Shown in pieces: positions 40,254 to 52,789 of a DNA stretch of 64,000 bases. The notes beneath the pieces were generated by a model. The model had not been told where the DNA came from. It was given only the letters and a program-made list of their open reading frames with translations, and did no database searches. The first letter of the stretch is position 1; every line of letters starts with the position of its first letter. Made by a program: the position numbers and the translations under genes. The stretch comes from Octopus sinensis (lineage: Eukaryota): the NCBI RefSeq assembly GCF_006345805.1, contig NC_043001.1, positions 2,356,001 to 2,420,000 of the forward strand. The letters are read 5' to 3'.

Positions 40254-40640
40254 CAGTTCTATATTTAAGAGATGAGGAATTATGTACATTATTTACATTA
40301 TTTACATTTGATGGATATTTGTCCTCATCTTGTCTGTTGTTAACACAATGTTTCAGCTGATATACCCTCCAGCCTTCATCAGGTGTCTTGGGAAAATTTC
40401 GAACCTGGGTTCTCATTCCTCAGGTATTTTTCGATGTTGTTATTATTATCATCATCATCTTTATTACTGTTCAGGTCACTGCTTGGGATTGAACTCGGAA
40501 TCTTGGAGTTAGTAGCCCGCGCTCTTAACCACTATGCTATATGCCCATGGGAATATGGCGTAGTGGTTAAGAGCGCAGGCTACTAACCCAAAGATTCCGA
40601 GTTCGATTCCAGGCCGTGACATGAACAACAACATCAACAA
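40254..40640 (-). mobile_element. tRNA-headed HHR element (family H2) with inverted tRNA-like duplication
   Basis: Minus HHR arm 40254-40430, (TTA/TCA)n, minus head about 40475-40548, plus head about 40549-40620. Confidence 0.88.
40342..40387 (-). ncRNA. Minimal type I hammerhead motif (H2)
   Basis: Minus strand: GACAC-CTGATGA-A-GGCTG...CAGCT-GAAACATT-GTGTT; stem I GACAC/GTGTT. Confidence 0.7.
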
Positions 40641-40849
40641 TAGCAATGATACAGAGGAACAGGAGTGTGAGGACAGGATTGGGGGATGTGAGCTGGTCAA
40701 GGACTGAGAGATAGGCATAGTGAATGAAGGAGGAAATGCAAGAAAAAGAAAAGATGTAGAGATGAGAGAGAGAAAGGAGAGAAGAGAAATATATGTGATG
40801 TATGAGTGTGTGTGTGTGTATATATTTCTTTCTTTCTTTCTTTTTCTTT

Positions 40850-41205
40850 TAAAGCATCACCTTTAGTCAAGCAAATCGACCCCGGGACTTATTCTTTGTA
40901 AGCCCAGTACTTATTCTATCGGTCTCTTTTGCCGAACCGCTAAGTGACGGGGACGTAAACACACCAGCATCGGTTGTCAAGCAATGCTAGGGGGACAAAC
41001 ACAGACACACAAACATACACACATACATATATATATACATATATACGACAGGCTTCTTTCAGTTACCGTCTACCAAATCCACTCACAAGGCATTGGTTGG
41101 CCCGGGGCTATAGCAGAAGACACTTGCCCAAGATGCCACGCAGTGGGACTGAACCCAGAACCATGTGGTTGGTTAGCAAGCTACTTACCACACAACCACT
41201 CCTGC
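40850..41205 (-). mobile_element. tRNA-derived SINE family A, near full length
   Basis: Reverse match to 54002-54370. Confidence 0.88.
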
Positions 41206-41289
41206 ATCTATGTGTATATCTGTATGTATATTATTAATTTAAAGGGCACAATACATGTCAGGGATCTGTTTTAAACAGGAACTGCTCTT

Positions 41290-41570
41290 TACAGTTAGAA
41301 ATAACTTCATCTGAAGATCTAATTTATGTAACGACATGATTGGAATGTGGGGAGCATTACATCAGAAAAGCAAAAAAATGCTTTACATCAATGAATAGTC
41401 TTGTATAGATCCCAAATTAAAATGCAGGGTTATAAGAACATAGGGCTGGCTGAGCATATAGACAAACATGCTGGTAACAAGCAACCTAACTTTTCCTTTC
41501 TATAAGACTTGCAATAATACATCTCAATGTTAACACAGTAAGAAATAAATGCCCTTCACTATAAAACACC
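41290..41570 (+). mobile_element. Decayed PLE GIY-YIG
   Basis: Broken peptides DLIYVTT..ECGEHYI and LAEHIDKHAGNKQPNF. Confidence 0.55.
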
Positions 41571-42264
41571 AACCACATCTTAATTCCTGTGGGAGACAAC
41601 AAGAATCACTACCAAAAATACTGCAACCCCTTCTGGGGTCACTACTACAACGACCTCTAGCTTAGAAATGGAAAACTACTATAAGACTACTACTATCATC
41701 TGAGGCATCACCGTTTCCATTTTTGTCTGCTGGGGGCCATGACAAATGCTTCTGAATAAAGATATATAAACACAAAGATTGAACACCAATTGACTAGTAG
41801 TAACTACTATTACAAGCTAAATTAAAGACTATTAGTAGTAGTAACAGTAGTAGTAGTCACAGCAGCAGCAGTAGCAGTAACAGGGAACCCTCACTGTCCC
41901 TTATCCACCAGCAACAGACCTACCTCTACCATAGAATCAAAAAGCCACCACCAAAACTACTACAGCTACTATTACTGTCTGTCCTACCACCAACATCTTT
42001 TATTAGCAGACCATCGCTGCCAACCAGCAACAATCAGAACGACCTGAAATACAGAAGCATTTGATTTTTACAAGGAAAATAGGTGAATTTCCACAAACAA
42101 AAATTACGAAAATTTAATAAAATTTATTTCAATTTTCATCTCCGTTTTATTCCAGCAGGAAGAAGTTTTTTGAAACGACTGAAATAGGTACAAAAATCGT
42201 TTCTATTTGCCATGACAAAGTTCTTCCTTTTTCATAACATTTATAAAGGCCGCAAGCGGACGGA

Positions 42265-42460
42265 ACAATTAGCAGATTGGGCGAAATGATGCTGAGCATT
42301 ATGTTGTCCATCTTTATGTTCTGAGTTCAAATTCTGCTCAGGTTAACTCTGCCTTTCATCTTTCGGGGTTGATAGAATAAGTACCAGTTATATGCTGGGG
42401 TCGATGTGATCGACTTACCCCTCCTCTGAACTTGTAGGCCTTGCACTAAAATTTGAAACC
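42265..42460 (+). mobile_element. SINE family B, diverged
   Basis: GTTCTGAGTTCAAATTCTGC...CTGGGGTCGATGTGATCGACT. Confidence 0.75.
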
Positions 42461-42547
42461 ATTATATATATATGCAGATGAGTGAGTATCTTTGTGTGTG
42501 CATATATATATTATATGCATGCATATACATATTATTTACACACACAT

Positions 42548-42581
<34 letters not shown>

Positions 42582-43329
42582 ATACGTATATGTATAATGA
42601 TTTTGAATATTGGATCTTGAGGCACATCACATAAACCTATAAATAATTACAGGTGAAAACTCTTCTGGATCGAAAAAGCCTTTGACATTTAGTATCAAAG
42701 GCGTTTTTCAACCCAATATCCATATGCTATTATTTTGTGAAGTACCTGAAATCCAAATTTCCAAGAGAGAATTTTCCACCTTCCCTCAATGTTTATACAT
42801 TCTCATCTATAAATGCTTGTGTGTGTGTGTACATGTTTTGCTATGAAATTTATTGGACATTTGAACTTTCATCGTATCTTATTGCTGGGAAACTTATTGA
42901 ACTCTTAAATTTTCCTCGTGTAATTTTGCTATGAAACCTATTGAACAGTTTGATGTTTTTCAACTTGCTTTATCACCATGGAATGGTTTCTTGTGCATTC
43001 TCTGACTTTTTTAACTCTAAGCTTTTTTTAAAATTTTATATTTACCATTGGAAAATAAAAAATGCCAGAAAATGTTAAAACTGGTATTTCAATTGATTTT
43101 TTAAAAAATTTTGAAAGAAACTGCTTTTCATTCTAAAACCCTGGTGCATTTTCAACTCCAAAATCAAGACTCCTAGACACACACATACACACGCATGATT
43201 GCTGTCCACTTGTGACCAAAGAATTACTGACCTCTAGAAACACTTTGTGCTCGAGACTAGCTTATACTTCACACTTGTGGCTCCGTTGGTGACTAATTAT
43301 CTCTGCTCTTCACAACCATACATGACTGC

Positions 43330-44250
43330 AAACATTGCAGACCAAGCTCTCCCCATTCATTACACTTGCATTTTTGAGCAGCATGCTTAAATTCTTCATG
43401 AAGAAAACATGCTCTTTCAAAAGGTATCGAATCCCTCCTTTACCTGTTTCCTCCATCCGTGGTGATGACAAGCATTGTTCTCTCAATCAGTCTCCAACAT
43501 TTCATTGGCCTTTAATGAGGACTTTACATAGTCCTTAAATCACAGTCTTGGCTTCTGCCAGGGTCGCTTTCCACTAACAAGTTCCCCATATAGCATCTGT
43601 TTAGGGAACCTGCTATCATTCATACTAACAAGGTGTCCAGTCCAACATAACTGGTGTTTTTGCACCATCGCCTCAATACTCAGGATATCGGTTTTCTTCA
43701 GGACCTGTATATCTGGAGATTTTAAAATCCAGTCAAAATTTTGAATGTGTCTCAGACATCTCTGATGGGAGCGTTCAAGGACTTTTACCTGACATTTGTA
43801 AAGGGCCCATGTCTCACATGAGTAAAGGAGTGATATCAGTACACATGCACAGTACACAGCAATTTTGGTTCGCCTTGCGATGCCATGTTGGGACTAGACA
43901 TGAGGCTCAAAAGATCCGAAGAAAACAGTTGCTCTCTGCAGCCTGAAAGATCTTTCATCATCCAGGGAGCAAGAATGGCTGAGTGAGCTGCCCAGTTAGA
44001 CAAACCTGTCTACCACTTTCATTATTGTTCCTTTGACCAAAATACCTGGTTCACCCTTTCTAGAACCTCCCCAGCCTCCACGTGAACAGTCTTCTCCCCA
44101 AACGAAGTTGCTCAGTCACCCATGCAGCAATCGAATCTCATCGCTGTCTTGGGTGACAAGGAGACGACTTTATATCTAACATGGACTGCCTATGTGCAGA
44201 TCACTGACTACATGCTTCCAACCCATCAGGTCTGCATGCTTCACCACTTT
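43330..44250 (-). mobile_element. RTE (BovB-like) LINE ORF C-terminus
   Basis: YCACVLISLLYSCETWALY...HQRCLRHI...SIEAMVQKHQLCWTGHLVSMNDSRFPKQMLYGEL. Confidence 0.85.
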
Positions 44251-44943
44251 CCTATCGCTGCAGGACTTCTGAACAAATATATATATAAATATATATCTAA
44301 AAAAAAAAAAAAAAGAGATACAATGCACATGTAAAAGAAAAAGTCAGCAATGCCTGTGCAAAGTTTTAGGTCCAATAAGACTTGTACAACACTTCAGAGA
44401 TCCTCTTCACTCTATTGACATTATCCAGAGACAAGCCGAGGTAAGATGCCTGGTGCCAATACGAGTTGCAGGTTAAGGGTTGTAAGAGTTCCATGATTTC
44501 AAGCATAAGCAAAAGATTCCCCAAATGTTCTGTGCCATTTCCTGCAAATCTGGTTTTATATCAGAGAAGCCTTCTCCCAGTGACATGCTTCAACAAGAGC
44601 TAAGAGGTGCCTCACTCCCAGGGGGTCTTCCAGCACGCTGGACACCATCCCGGAATTTCTGCATGCTCGTGATATTGTTAGACATTCGTTGAACCTGCAC
44701 TAGGCCTTGTTTTTAGACCTGCTGGGTTTCCAACAATCATCATCATCAGGGTAGCCTGGTGGTGGGGTGGCAGCAGAGTCACCAACAACCTGACCATGCA
44801 ACGGGTTGTACTGGGTTCCATGTTACCAGTAGCATTCACGAGAGCCTCACAAGTGACCTGACATCCATCCATCCATCCCTCCATCCTTCCATACATACAT
44901 TCATACATACATACATACATACGTACATACATTCATACATACA

Positions 44944-44977
<34 letters not shown>

Positions 44978-45779
44978 CAAACAAAAATACCCTTTTGTTG
45001 ATGTTGAAGTTCCAATGAGGGAGTCTTGGATTGAGGTTAGAAACTGGTTCTTTCTCTGTTGGCAAGAAATCTTGAAATATGACCTGAACAATGACGTACA
45101 GTGACCTGACCTACATACACACATGTATGCACGCATGCATAAATGTATGCATGTATGCATGTATTCATACATACATAAATACACACATACATACATGCAT
45201 GCATGCATACATATGTACATATATATATATGTAGCGTAAACTTAAGTGCATGTGTTTAAACCCTTGTAAGTTTATCTTAAATTCCTGCTCCTCGCAATGT
45301 CGTGGGGCCCTTTTAATAATTAATGAATTTACAATGCTAATTAAGCTTTTATGCAAATTGGAGAAATCAATATGGTTCCGGTTGGTTTTGTGTGTCTACC
45401 ATAAATAACGGTCAGCAGCTTTAGCTTCTGTGACTAGTAACATGGAACTGATCTTTGATGACACTTTGGTATTATCAGAGACCAGTGGAATGGATGTTAT
45501 TCTTTTTTCTGATCACAGAAAACTTTTTGTTTAACTGTCATGTCTGTCTTCCACTGGAAAGTTGAATGTCTCTTTGCTAAAATCACACATTCACTGGTTT
45601 TCCTTTGAGTCTTACATATCTCAACGTTTCATTTTGCTCCCATTAATATGCATGTGAACACACACACGTGTGTGTGTGTGTGTGTGTACATATTTGCTTG
45701 TTGGTATGTGTGTGTCTTTTGTCCTGTGCTTCGATTATGCCATCATGAAAGAGACTATGTCGGAACAGCGTCTTTGGAA

Positions 45780-46130
45780 ATAAATGCTTATGTATTTTGT
45801 GACATCACCTCAAAAGTTGTAGAGTTTTCATTTCTTTCTTTATGTGGCATCTACAGCTGGTTGATTAACCAAATGGTGGAGATTACCCCTTCTGGGTTGC
45901 AGCCTCTTGCAGATCTAGGATCTAGAGAGGAATTCATCTTGACACACTGTAAGAGAATTGGCAGGAAACTTTGATTATGTTCTGCAAAGTGTTTTACAAG
46001 ACAGTCGTCAAAGTGAGGGCTTTAATAAACCATTGCTGTATAAGTTCCTCACGCAAAAGCCTATGAGAATGTCGGCATCCAACATTATTTTAAACTTTTC
46101 TTCATGTTTTCTCTCTTTAAACAAATATCT
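45780..46130 (+). mobile_element. Very decayed PLE GIY-YIG C-terminus
   Basis: Weak: LLYKFLTQKPM resembles LIxKFxTxxPxGxN; followed by a degenerate HHR-like motif. Confidence 0.4.
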
Positions 46131-46896
46131 GGAACAAGATTTTCAAGAATCTTCAACATACATATGATGACGTGTCATTGACATGAACGTTCCAATGAAT
46201 GGAACTGTATTTCATTTGTAAGGGCTTTCTGCAGTCTCTCTAGTTTGTAGACTTGGCTGAGCTAATAGGAGATAAAAATAAGGAGCATTTTCCCTGCTTG
46301 TCGCGAAGAAATTTCCATAATGTCGACAACACTGCCAGCTTTTTCTCTCTCTCTTCCCCCTACTCTCTACCCAACTACTGAGCTCCAGGCAGTTCCTGTC
46401 AAAAGAATACATACAGGTTATGGGTCTGTTTAAAGTTTTGAAATATTTCCCAGTGTTATATATAATATGATATAATATGTTATAACATAATAAACTCCAT
46501 ACTGCTTGAAGGCAATTTTCATATTTCAATGCTAAGACAAATAAGTCTGAGTGAGTCATTGTGGTAGCATTTAAGTTTCACCACTAACATGGCAACCAAG
46601 ATTATTTCTTCTTTAAGAATGAGCTTGAGAGATGAGTTAATGGGGAGAAGTTACAACTAGAGGAAATCTCCAAGTGGTTTCAATGCACAAGTCTCTGATA
46701 TCCAAGTGGCTAAAAAGTGTCAGTAGAATGGTACCTAGGGGTCATGACCTAGATGTGGCCCAGTCCTCTTGGAAGATAAGAGGTTAAGATCTAAAACACA
46801 TGACTGAGTGGATGAGGATTCTTCCCTGAAGGCCTTCTGATGTTCAACTCTCTTGAAAATTTCTTACACCTGATATAATATATATGAGTGTTTATG

Positions 46897-47235
46897 TGAA
46901 GGCACGTGGCTCAGTGGTTAGAGTGTCAAACTTACGGTTGTAAGGTTGTGAGTTTGATTCCCTGACCGGACTGCGTGTTGTGTTCTTGAGCAAGACACTT
47001 CATTTCACGTTGCTCCAGTTCACTCACCTGTAGAAATGAGTTGCAATATCATTGGTGCCAAGCTGTATTGGCCCCTTTGCCTTTCCCTTGGATAACACTG
47101 GTGGTGTGGAGAGGGGATGCTGGTATGCATGGTCAACTGCTGGCCTTCCATAAACAACCTTGCCTGGACTTGTGCCTTGGAGGGTAACTTTCTAGGTGCA
47201 ATCCCATGGTCATCCATGACCAAAGAGGATCTCCT
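46897..47235 (+). mobile_element. tRNA-derived SINE family C
   Basis: A-box TGGCTCAGTGG, B-box GAGTTTGATTCC, then GTGTTCTTGAGCAAGACACTT central motif seen in several metazoan SINE superfamilies. Confidence 0.8.
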
Positions 47236-47369
47236 CCTATGTTTTTTTTGTGTGTGTGTGAGGGATTGAACTTCAGAGCACATAGTGTGGAATTAGGCTT
47301 CTTAACCCATCAGTGTATGTCTATAACTGCGCCTGCACCTATGTTTTTGTGTATGTGGGAAGGGAGTAT

Positions 47370-47420
47370 AGGTAGGTAGGTAGGTAGGTAGGTAGGTAGG
47401 TAGGTAGGTAGGTAGGTAGG

Positions 47421-47490
<70 letters not shown>
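47370..47490. repeat. (TAGG)n(TAGA)n microsatellite
   Basis: Directly visible. Confidence 0.95.
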
Positions 47491-47492
<2 letters not shown>

Positions 47493-48599
47493 CAAATAGA
47501 TGTGCTGTAGAAAATACAAATTTGGCAACAAGATGAAACCCAAAATAAAAGATAAAATGGTTTTATTATGTTCTAATTACAGAATGGGTTAATATATTTG
47601 CTACTTTGAGAGGAATTTATTTGGCTGTGACAAGCCTGAGAGATAGAATTAAAATTAATGTTGCATATAACATGAGATTGAATTCTAGTCAAGAGTTTTT
47701 TCCTAAAATTGGTGAAATGTTGTTGATTACAGAAATTAACACACATGTGTGTCTGTTGCGGTGGTTGTCTAAGTGTGTGTGTGTATGTGCTTGTGTTGGT
47801 GTGTGTGCGTATGTGCTTGTGTTGGTGTGTGTGTGTATGTGTGTACATGCAATTTGTCTGCATAAGTCTATCAAAGAGAGTATATGCATGTGTGTGTGCA
47901 GTCAACAAATACGAAACATGAATATAATCTCTGCAGTTATATTGGCCTTTCAAAACAGAGATACACAAACGAGTTTATACTGCAGTTACCCTATATTAGT
48001 CAGTAAGTTAAACTAGTTTGATTGTAAAAAGCACTGAAAGAGGAGAACCATTCACTGCAAATGTTGTCCATTGGTTCTTTCAATGAATATCAGTAACTGA
48101 GGTCCTATTACTTGCTCAGCTGTTGACTACGAAGGCTTGCTGCACAACTCCTCAGTCATTACAGCTGTTTCGCTGTATGTTTGCTCTGATGACAGTGTCA
48201 CTGGCGCTGATATTCTTTTATTTTATGTCACCAAAGATGCTCAGTTCTATAATCTTTGGCTAAAAACTGATTGGTTGTCAATAGATCCAGCCAAAAGAGC
48301 CAATCAAACTTAAAATAAGCAGAAAATGGAGCCACTTCCTGCCTCCCTTCTTTGATTCTGTGTATTTGCATTCACTCTGATGAAGCCCCATGTACTAGAT
48401 TGAATGTGCTATAAAGATGATGAATATTATTTTCGGAATTTTCTTTGTAGGCACCGACTGACATTGGATGCCAAAACAGCCAAAAGAAACGTTACGTTAT
48501 GTTTTGTATTAAAAAATAATTAACTGATGTTGGTCAATTTGTTTGTTCGTCAATCAAAATTGTTCTCCATTTTCTACTTATTATATATATATATATATA

Positions 48600-48995
48600 T
48601 ATAAGTAAATAAATGTTATTAAGTATTTAAAAAAACCGTTAGTAGATTCGACGTCAAAGGCAGATACTAGGAAGAGAAGGGTTAAAGAATATAATGTCTT
48701 GTTGTTGAGATAGGCTCTCTTTCTTTCCTGATGATAAGATTGCATTTTACACCGTTTATTCCTTTGGAATAATACCATGTTGTCGTCGAAACATATGTCG
48801 AAAGTAAAAGAATTTTAATAACATCTTCATTCAACTCCATTTATTTACTTATAACACACAAATTACTGCACATTAACCCGGAGTTTCTACCTTTGAATAG
48901 GTCGCTTCATCCGTGTTACTTGCGTGAATTTTGGTACCCTGGTAACTGTTTATTGAATTTTCCATGTTAATGGTAAACAAAGGATAATTCATTCA
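48600..48995 (+). mobile_element. HHR-bearing non-coding element (family H3, divergent subfamily)
   Basis: Between (TA)n tracts; 3' part similar to 8545-8722, 50490-50560 and 60480-60570. Confidence 0.75.
48723..48804 (+). ncRNA. Type I hammerhead motif (H3)
   Basis: CTTTC-CTGATGA(48728)-stem II with inner TATTCC/GGAATA hairpin-GAAAC(48788)-ATAT-GTC-GAAAG. Stem I 5 bp, palindromic loop III, base of stem II mismatched. Confidence 0.78.
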
Positions 48996-49029
48996 TCCAT
49001 TTATATATATATATGTACAACGTGTACAA

Positions 49030-49185
49030 CAAGCTTCTTTCAGTTTCTGTCGACCAAATCAACTCATAAGGCTTTGGTTGGCTTGCGCCTATAGTAGAAG
49101 ACACTTGCCCAAGGTGCCATGCAGTGGGACTGAACCTGGAACCATGTGGTTGGGAAGCAAGCTTCTAATGACACAGCCATGCCTG
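49030..49185 (-). mobile_element. SINE family A, 5' part
   Basis: Reverse match to 54002-54160. Confidence 0.75.
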
Positions 49186-50572
49186 TATCTCCGTGGGTAA
49201 TTAATTGAATCCGAAAGCGAACTCTATAATATTTCTGTGTTATTTATAGCAATTTCCTTAAATGTAGACTTTAAATCACAAAGTTTCTATAAGATAGGTC
49301 CAATATTGTGGCTGAATGCATATCAGTGTGTGTGAGGGGGGATGGGTGGGTGGTGTGCGGTGCTGAAAGAGCTGAATAGTAAAAATGGTATTTAAGGAAT
49401 AATACAGAGTAAATTTGAAGTATTTGAAGTATCTTTGGTAATGACATCAATTGATGGCAGCGATCTATAGAATTGAAGTCTGGTGTTCATTTGAGATGAA
49501 CAATAGGAAAAGCTGGAGGAGATGGATGTGTGTGCGGGTGACTGTGTTTGCAGGTCTGTGCGTGTGTGTGTGTGTGTGTACCTGTCTGAATCTGTATGGA
49601 ATGTGCTAGAATCGGTAGGGGTAGCTATTTTATGGATAAAGAGATTTAAGAAATATTTGAAACTAAATCTGGAATATGATTTTTCTTTGTAAGTAAAGTC
49701 GATTACTGGTAGCTTAAAGTAAAAACTAAAACCTAAAGTGCAAATCCCCGGGTTTATAAGAGAATGGTTAAAGAGAGAAAGGAGGAATAATGGAACATTG
49801 AAAAAGGGATGGAAGAATTTTGAAGTGGAATGTAAAATTTGCATGTGTGTATAAGAGTATGGTGCTTGTAGTGATGGGTATGTCCGTGTGTTTATATGGA
49901 AATGTATAAGTGTGTATATATATATATAAGCTTTTATACATCTGCATACGTTTAAGCATATTGATAGCCATACATAGAAATTAGAAGAAGCATATACTTG
50001 CACAAATATATGCATTTAAAGATGTGTGTGTATGACATTTCAAACATATGCTCTTTGTCAGAAAGGATTGAGAGAAAAAAAACAGGGAGAGAATGTAAAG
50101 AAATGAAGAGAGAAACAAAATGTGTGGGGATTAATGGTTCATATGTGTGTATATTATTGCATATCAGATATTTTCTCACCCAATGAGCGAGCTTAATATC
50201 TGCATTAATTTAAAGATGCTTCTATTAATGCATGTTTTAAGTTGTGAGAATTTCCAATCTTTAAATAAATTTTATCACACTATATTTCTCTCTTTATTTA
50301 TAACTTTAATTATATATATAAGTATATATATATATATATAGATATATATATATATACACACACATATAAATAGATGTGTGTATTTTTCCCTTGTTAACAA
50401 TTAACACGGGGAAAATAGATAAATAGTTAATAGGGTAGCAAAAAATCACACAAGTAAAAAAGTTGTAACTCCTTGTTTTTTAAGGTAGAAACTCCGGGTT
50501 TACGTGAAATATTTTGTATAATATATAGATAAATAAATGGAGTTAAACGCAAGTGTTATTCAAATTCTTTTA

Positions 50573-50660
50573 CTTCTGACACATGTTTCGAAGATATCAT
50601 TGGTATTATTCCAAAGGAATAAAATGGTGTAAAACAATGTAATCTTCTCTTCGGGTAAAT
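50573..50660 (-). ncRNA. Hammerhead-like motif (H3, CCGAAGA core)
   Basis: Minus strand: CCGAAGA-GAAGAT...ATCTTC-GAAAC-ATGT-GTC; weak stem I. Confidence 0.6.
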
Positions 50661-51171
50661 GAGGAAATGAAACACGTCAATAAGACATTTTAACAGAATA
50701 TGATGGATATGTATAGTGATTAACTGAACGCTATTAAGTTTGTTTTAAAAAAACGTTAGAAGATATAAGTCAAAGGTAGCTTATAGAAAGAGGAGGGGTA
50801 AAGGAAAGAAAAAACCCAAATAAAGGAGAAGTATATAACGATATGCAAATTAAATAAAGCCCAATAGTCTTGGAAAAAGACATATCTAGTGAATGTGAAA
50901 TGTAAGAAGAAAATTAATGTTTAAATTATATAGAATGATAGATATCACTTATATGAACTAAAGGTGTGTTTCTGCCAATGTTTACATCATTATGCATGCT
51001 CTGTAACTGTGTTTACAGGGGGGTTTTAGAAAAAAAGAATAAAAAGTAGTTCAGAATTACAGAGAAAACAGAATTCCTTGCCTTTATCATAAGATATCGA
51101 AATTGAGACAATCAACCCTATACATATACATATCGATTATATTCTGTTAAAATCTCTTATGGCAGAGTTTC

Positions 51172-51258
51172 ATTTCCCGAAGAGAAGATTACATTGTTTT
51201 CCACCATTTTATTCCTTTGGAATAATACCAATGATATCTTCGAGACATGTGTCAGAAG
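51172..51258 (+). ncRNA. Hammerhead-like motif (H3), decayed
   Basis: CCGAAGA 51177-51183, GAAGAT/ATCTTC, GAGAC in place of GAAAC, ATGT, GTC. Confidence 0.5.
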
Positions 51259-51349
51259 TAAAAGAATTTGAATAACACCTGCGTTTAATTCCATTTATTT
51301 ATTTATATATATATATATATATTATATATATATATATATACATATATAC

Positions 51350-52370
51350 ATACATGCATATATTTATATATATAACGGGAAGCTTTATGAAAATAGACAA
51401 AAGACGAAGGTAGGTTTACGGAAATAAACAAAAGACGAAGGCAGGTGGAATACAAACAAGCAATTGTATTAGTATGGCGCTCAGGAAATATAAATGAAAC
51501 AAGTCTTTAACGTTTCAAGCCTACGCTCTTCAACAGAAAGATACACAGAGAAAAAAAAACACAGAAAGAAGGAGAGAAAAAAATATGCATACAAAAGCTA
51601 GCGAATCAACATGGCGATCTGATTTCGGCCAGAAGTCAAAGATCAAACATGAGACGCAAGAGCGAAATTAGGGGAGATAATAGGGTTGAATGACCCCGCT
51701 CAAACATAAGAGTGTGTGTGTGTGTGTGAGAAGAGTGTGTGTGTGTGTATGAGAGAGTATTAGTGCGTATGAGAGGTCTAGACGGGTGTATGTATATATG
51801 ATGTGATGTGTAAAGTCGTATGGTGTAGTGTAGAGAGAGGAGAAGAGGGGGAGGGGAGGTAAGGGGGGATGGTGAGGGGGAGAAAGAAAGGGGAGAAGAG
51901 GAGGGGAGGGGGGAGAAGGAAGGAGAGGAGAAGAGGAGGGGGAGAAGTGCCTGCAGTCCTTCGTGGTGAGGGATAACGGTATAGAGGCTCTGAATGTCCA
52001 TAGTAAAAAGGATTTTGGAGGAGCCGGGAGGAAAGGAGAAAGAGTTGAAAAGCCGGAGAGCATGGTTGGTATCGTGGATGTGGGAGGGAAGAGATGCTAC
52101 TAGGGGGGCAAGGACACGGTCGAGGTATTTAGAGATGAGCTCCATGGGGCAGTTATAGGCGGAGACGATGGGGCGGCCAGGGTTGTTGGGTTTGTGGATT
52201 TTGGGGAGGAAGTAAATGATGGGGGTACGTGGGGTTCGCACAATTAGGTTGGATGCGGTGTGGGGGAGACGGGAGGACGAGATGAGGTCGCGGACAGTAG
52301 AGGATACCGTCTGTTGGTAGCTACGTGTGGGGTTAGAGGACAGAGGGGAGTAGAAGGAGGTGTCATTGAG
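51350..52370 (-). mobile_element. Internally deleted PLE: RT N-terminal half joined to 3' UTR and terminal repeat
   Basis: YFLPKIHKPNNPGRPIVS...ISKYLDRVLAPLV...LFTMDIQSLYTVIPHHEGLQAL at about 51945-52241, then a pyrimidine tract and an HHR at 51505-51540. Confidence 0.88.
51505..51540 (-). ncRNA. Minimal hammerhead motif with CUGUUGA core (H4)
   Basis: Minus strand: CTTT-CTGTTGA-A-GAGC-GTAG-GCTT-GAAACGTT-AAAG. Confidence 0.65.
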
Positions 52371-52399
52371 TTATATATATATATATATGTGTGTGTGTA

Positions 52400-52789
52400 C
52401 TAGCAGTATCGCCCGGCGTTGCTCGGGTTTGTTTCGACCCGCTGGAATTGAAATTTTTGAAAGTAAAAATTTTGCATTATGTAGCTTATTATTCTGTTCA
52501 AGTGAACATTTTTCTGGTTGAAATACACCTAAAAGTGGCGACACAGCAGTGAAAAAGTCGTAAAAAATAGGGATTTTCATAGAAAAAAGGACCTTTTTGA
52601 TGTAAATAATTTTTGGTGTTAACATGGTCCGATTTGAATTTTATCTTCTACGGAAGGAAGAGCAACCATTCTTCTATCATACTGTCAATTTTGGTCAACT
52701 TGCGCCGCAGGGTCTCGGAGGAGATAGTGTTAGTTGAAGGCTACCAAACCTGGCGCACACAGACAACTTCAGCTTTATATAGAGAGAGA
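52400..52789 (-). mobile_element. Non-autonomous Helitron
   Basis: Same 3' hairpin plus CTAG as 16990-17499, 5' TC, A|T site, different interior. Confidence 0.85.

Larger units (their letters stand above)
50372..51304. mobile_element. About 930-bp H3 element with about 180-bp inverted arms, each carrying an HHR motif
   Basis: About 50531-50715 is inverted at about 51126-51304. The whole unit recurs reversed at 59740-60682 with the same ends. Confidence 0.88.

Noticed and set aside
44380-44860. Possible RLE LINE 3' end
   Set aside because: Only a KPDL-like word; no consistent motif set.
48140-48420. CTGATGA at 48186 and 48377, and a minus-strand GAAACAGCTGTA at about 48160
   Set aside because: Half motifs only; no complete three-stem hammerhead can be drawn.
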